A program made the position numbers and the translations under genes. Below are positions 57,734 to 64,000 of a DNA stretch of 64,000 nucleotides, piece by piece. Below the pieces are notes generated by a model. The model was not told the DNA's origin and made no database searches. It worked only from the letters and a program-made list of their open reading frames with translations. How positions within the stretch are numbered: the first letter of the stretch is position 1; every line of letters starts with the position of its first letter. Source of the stretch: Eledone cirrhosa (lineage: Eukaryota); NCBI GenBank assembly GCA_964016885.1, contig OZ024751.1, positions 14,756,001 to 14,820,000 on the forward strand, given 5' to 3'.

Positions 57734-58411
57734 CGTATGTATAAGTATGTGTGTTTCTATGCATGCAGTTCTGAATATAATTATATATATACAAACGTAC
57801 ACACATACATACATATACACTCATACATACCGACATACGTACACATATACAATCATACATACATTCATATATATATACTTAAATACATATACATACATAC
57901 ATATTCATAGATAGAGACACATTCATGGAAGCACACATACTGTGACACATAAATACAGACATACATACATAAACACGTAATATATATATACATATACACA
58001 GTCATACATACATACATATACACGTAATATATATACATATACACAGTCATACATACATAAACATATACACGTAATATATATACATATATACACGCAATCA
58101 GTCATATGACTAATACTCAGTTGATTGTTGTCTTTCCGTACCCCGTTCCCATCCCCAGAAGAAGAAGAAGAAGAAGAAGAAGAAGAAGAAGAAGAAGAAG
58201 AAGAAGAAGAAGAAGAAGAAGAAGAGATTTATATAGATGTAAGTAAATATATGTGTGAATAACATATTTATACCCATATTTGTATATATATATATATATA
58301 TATATATACATGTGTGTGTGTGTGTACAAAAAGTAAGCGGAAACAACAAAACAAACACCACAGTACAATGAAGCAATATGTTAGTTTAACCTTTGATATA
58401 GTAAGAAAAGA

Positions 58412-58450
58412 GTCTTAACGTTTCGGACACTATTCCTTCATCAGAAAATA
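58412..58450 (-). ncRNA. Minimal hammerhead-like motif
   Basis: UUUU / CUGAUGA / AGGA-AUAGUG-UCC / GAAA / CG / UU / AAGA; stem I weak. Confidence 0.5.
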
Positions 58451-59160
58451 GAATGAGAAATAAAAGAAGGAATAGAAGAACAAAAAATGTTCTTCTCTTC
58501 CTTCCTCTTCTCATTCTTTATCTTTCTATTTCATCTTTTATTTCTCATTCTATCTTCTATCAAGGTTGATAAAAAAAACAAAACAGTACCAGTCTTGTAC
58601 TAGGGTCGATTCTTCCTTTATATCTGTTTCTCATTTCCATTCTCTCACTCTTTCTATCATTCTCTGGAAGAAATATGGTGTATTCAGACCTGGAGAGGCT
58701 TGGGCTCTGTCAGGTTTTTAAAATGCCCTAGAAACGCCGTATGTCAATCACGTGACCCTACGACTCCCTTAGGAGTTACGGGACTTTGCATACATATAAT
58801 CTTTAATTATATGTTTCTTGATTTCGTCAAGGCACGTGGCTTAGTGTAAGGAGTGTTCGGCTAACAATTGTTAGGTCATGAGTTTGATTCGTAGAGACGC
58901 ATCGTGTCCTTAAGCAAGATACTTTATTTCACGTTGCTTCCAGGCCACTCAGAAGGCAAAAATTAGTTGTATTTGAAAATTAAAGGGAACAGTACTGGTG
59001 TCATCAATTCTTTCTCTATCTCTCTCTCTCTCTCTCTCCTTCTTCTTCTCCTTCTCCTCCTCCTCCTCCTCCTCTGCTGAAACTGGTTTAAAACGCCTAA
59101 GCTACTTTAGCGCCCCCTATAACACCACCATCAGTAGTCACAGTTATATATATATACAGT

Positions 59161-59192
<32 letters not shown>

Positions 59193-62100
59193 CATACATA
59201 CACATATAATACATATAATATATATATATATACATACATACATACACATATAATACATATAATATATATATATATACATACATACACATATAATACATAT
59301 AATATATATATATATACATACATACACATATAATACATATAATATATATATATATATACATACATACATACATACACATATAATACATATAATATATATA
59401 TATATATACATACATACATACATACACATATAATACAAATCAATACCTCTTTTGAATAAATTTAATTACAAAAGGGCGCCAAAATATTTTTAATTGTTCT
59501 AAAGTGTGTCGTGAATTAAAAAAAAGGGGGTTCGGGGAAACGACTGGTGTAGTTGTCCAGGCCCATAGCTCTTTGTTCTAAAATATAAACATGGATTCGG
59601 TCTTAAACTCCAGGTTAACCATCAAGGGGATTTGATTTAATAAAATTTAATTAAGTATAAAATTATCTTACCCTCCTACCCTTACACCCTCCCACCTCCT
59701 CCTCTCTATTGCCCAAATTTTATTTACCCCCTACCCACCCCAACCATCTCTAACCACCCCACCCACACACTTAACTTTCCTCCCTACATTGCTACTTTTA
59801 CTAAGTACGCTCCACCCTTTTCTACCCCCTTTTTCCCCTCTTGCACCCCGTCTCCTCCACTCCTCCCTTTATTCACTTCCTTCTCCTCCTCCCCTTCCTC
59901 CTTCTCTTAACCTCACACTACCATCTCCACCCTCGCCTATAATCAATCTTTAATTCCCTCTTCCCCTCTCTTTCTCTCTCACTCTCTCTCCCACTGTTCT
60001 CGTCCCTTCCACCAAACTCTCCCCCCCCCTCTCTCTTACTTTCTCACCCTCCCTTTCACTGTTGTCGCTATTATTGTTGTTGTTATTGTTGTCTGTTGTT
60101 ATTCTTGTTAGGGTTTTATTTATAATTGTTAGAGTTGTTGTTTTTATTGTTATTGATGTGACTGTTGTTGTTAGAAGTGATTGCTGTTATTAATGTATAT
60201 TCTTTTGTTGTTGTTGTTATTGTGGTTGTTGCAGTTGTTGTTGTAGTTGTTGTTGTTGTAGTTGTTGATGTATTGGTTGTTGTTGTTGTTGTTCTTGATG
60301 TATTGGTTGTTGTTGCTGTTGATGATGCATTGGTTGTTGTTGATGTGGTTGTTGTTGTAGTTGTCGTAGTGGTTGTTGCAGTTGTTGTTGTTGATGTATT
60401 GGTTGTTGTTGTTGTAGTGGTTGTTGTTGTAGTTGTTGATGTATTGGTTGTTGTTGTTGTAGTGGTTGTTGTTGTAGTTGTTGATGTATTGGTTGTTGTT
60501 GTGGTAGCGGTTGTTGTAGTTGTTGATGTATTGGTTGTTGTTGTAGTGGTTGTTGTAGTTGTTGATGTATTGGTTGTTGTTGTTGTTGTAGTGTTTGTTG
60601 TTATAACTCTAGTTATTATTGTTGTGAGAGTTATAGTTGTTGCTCTTGTTGTTGTCATAGGGGGGGGGGTATAACACACACACACACACACACATATATA
60701 TGTACACACACAAATGTACATACACAGACATATATGTACACACACAAACATACAAACACACACATATACATGTACACACAAACATACATACATACACACA
60801 CATATATGCGTACACACACAAACATATACATATACACACATATATGTATATACAAATATACAGACACACGTATACGCATGTACACACACAAACATACAAA
60901 CACACACATATGTATACACGCAAACATACACACACATTTTTTACATGTACACACACAAACATACATACACATATATATGTACAAAAAACATACAAACACA
61001 CACATATATATATATAAACAGACACACTAACGTACATACACACACAAACATACAAACACACACATATATACATGTACACACACACACATACTCTACTTAA
61101 CACTTTCTTCCCTTTTTATTCTTTGAATGTAGTCTCCCTTTCCCTTTTCCTCACCAGCCACACACACACACACACACATATATATATACACACACACATA
61201 TATACAGATATATACACACACGCATACACACACACATACATAATCATTGTCCCTATCACTGACTCCAACCTTCCACTGCCACCGCCACCCGTGTATCAAC
61301 ATTAACACCACTACCACACCACTACCACCACCAATACCACTACCACCACCACCATCACGACCATCACCACCAATACCACCACCACGACCACCATCACCAC
61401 CAATACCACCACCACCACCATCACCACCATCACCACCAATGCCACCACCATCACGACCATCACCACCAATACCACCACCACCACCACCTATACCATCACT
61501 ACCAATACCACCACCACCATCACCACCACCACCATCACCACCATCACGACCATCACCACCACCAATACCACCATCACCACCACCAATACCACCACCACCA
61601 CCACCACCATCACCACCAATACCACCACCACCATCACGACCATCACCACCAATACCACCACCACCATCACCACCAATACCACCACCACCATCACCACCAA
61701 TACCACCACCACCATCACCACCAATACCACCACCACCATCACCACCAATACCACCACCACCATCACCACCAATACCACCACCGCCATCACCACCACAACT
61801 ACCACCACCATCCCTACCACCAGTATCACTCCCCCCCTTACACACACACAACTACCATCATCACCGACACCACTACCATCACCATCATCAACAGTAACAC
61901 CACCATCATCACCAACACCACCATCGCTCCTACCACCAGCACCACCACCACCACCATCACCACCTTCATATTTCTCCCACCATCACCATCAACATGCAAT
62001 CAACTTCACCCTCCTCCCTACTACCCTTTACCATCTTAATTATCATCATCATCATCAACACCCCACCCACCCCCAAAACGACGACCACCCCCACCATCAC

Positions 62101-63191
62101 CACCACCACAACCAACATCACCGCCACCTCTACCAACACCAACACCACCACCACCACCACCATCACTACCAACACCACAAACACCACAAACACCACCACT
62201 ACCAACACCACCAACACCACCACCGCCACCACTACCAACACCACCAACACCACCAACACCACCACCGCCACCACTACCAACACCAATACCACCACCACCA
62301 CCACCATCACTACCAACACCACAAACACCACCACTACCAACACCACCAACACCACCACCGCCACCACCACCACCGCCACCACCACCACCACCACCACCGC
62401 CACCACTACCAACACCAATACCACCACCACCACTACCAACACCACCAACACCAGCAACACCACCACCACTACCAACACCAATACCACCACCACCACCACC
62501 ACCACCGCCACCACTACCAACACCACCAACACCAGCAACACCACCACCACTACCAACACCAATACCACCGCCACCACCACCACCGCCGCCACCACCACCA
62601 CCACCACCGCCACCGCCACCGCCACCACTACCAACACCAATACCACCACCACCACCACCGCCGCCACCACTACCAACACCACCAACACCAGCAACACCAC
62701 CACCACTACCAACACCACCACCACCACCACCACCACCACCGCCACCACTACCAACACCACCAACACCAGCAACACCACCACCACTACCAACACCAATACC
62801 ACCGCCACCACCACCACCACCACCACCGCCACCACCACCACCACCACCACCACCGCCACCACCACCGCCACCACTACCACTACCAACACCACCACCACCG
62901 CCACCATCAGCAGGAAAAGGAGAGAGGTAGGGCAGGCTATCATCAGTGATGTGTTGTCGTGTGTTTAGTAAAGGAAATGAATTTTTTCTGTTAGATTGGA
63001 CAGGGCAGTGGTGGTGAGGGGCAGATACGAGGGGGTGAGTGGTGACCAGATTGAAATATATATATAGGAGGAGGAGAGTGTGAGAGCTGGGAAAGAGAGA
63101 GGGTGGGAATATAGAGAGAGTTAATGAGAGAGCGAGAGAGAGAGAGAGTTAATAAGAGGAGAGATAGAGAGAGATTTAATGAGAGAGCACC

Positions 63192-63263
<72 letters not shown>

Positions 63264-63286
63264 GTTTATATATTTATATATATATT

Positions 63287-63363
<77 letters not shown>

Positions 63364-63373
63364 ATATATGTAT

Positions 63374-63406
<33 letters not shown>

Positions 63407-63409
63407 GTA

Positions 63410-63456
<47 letters not shown>

Positions 63457-63476
63457 GTATATATATGTATATATAC

Positions 63477-63571
<95 letters not shown>

Positions 63572-63848
63572 GATGATGATAGAGGGACGGTGGCAGGGTG
63601 AAAGGTAGAGCTAATGATACAGGGAGGCAAGACAGAGAAAGAGCTTATGATAGAGGGAGGGAGAGAGAAAAAGAGATAATGATAGAGAGGGAGAGAAAGA
63701 CAGGGAGCTAATGATAGAGAGGGGGAGATGATGATGATGATGGAGGAAGGAAGAGACGATGATGATTATGATGGAGGAAGGAAGTGGTTAGTTTTGTTGT
63801 AACTAATATTGTTGATGTTAATGATGATAAATTACATATAACATACCA

Positions 63849-63880
<32 letters not shown>

Positions 63881-63909
63881 GTTACAACTACCACCACTAC
63901 TACCACCAT

Positions 63910-63944
<35 letters not shown>

Positions 63945-64000
63945 GTACCACCACTACTACCACAATTACTACTACTATTACTACTACCACCACTACTACC

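Overview
AT-rich, repeat-saturated animal genomic DNA with no recognisable host protein-coding gene. The SINE families and the heavy (TA)n/(TG)n/(ACC)n load suggest a cephalopod such as octopus, which is inference only. Most long ORFs in the track are translations of simple repeats. The real coding remnants are all retro- or rolling-circle transposons: a near-full-length Penelope-like element (PLE; RT + C-terminal GIY-YIG, Naiad-like motifs, 32443-37440, with ~1 kb inverted pLTRs), a second decayed PLE, an internally deleted Helitron (28786-32213) and several RTE-type LINE fragments. The window also holds non-autonomous Helitrons, tRNA-derived SINEs, Tc1/mariner- and piggyBac-type MITEs and minisatellites. 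The most notable hidden signal is a dense, sequence-diverse set of type I hammerhead ribozyme motifs: five intact-looking folds including a U3-A8 covariant core, one core mutant and several partial ones. Most lie in 100-300 bp non-coding elements in or beside (TA)n tracts, many of them fold-backs, next to a PLE that carries the same kind of ribozyme. All folds and alignments were made by eye and none was computed.
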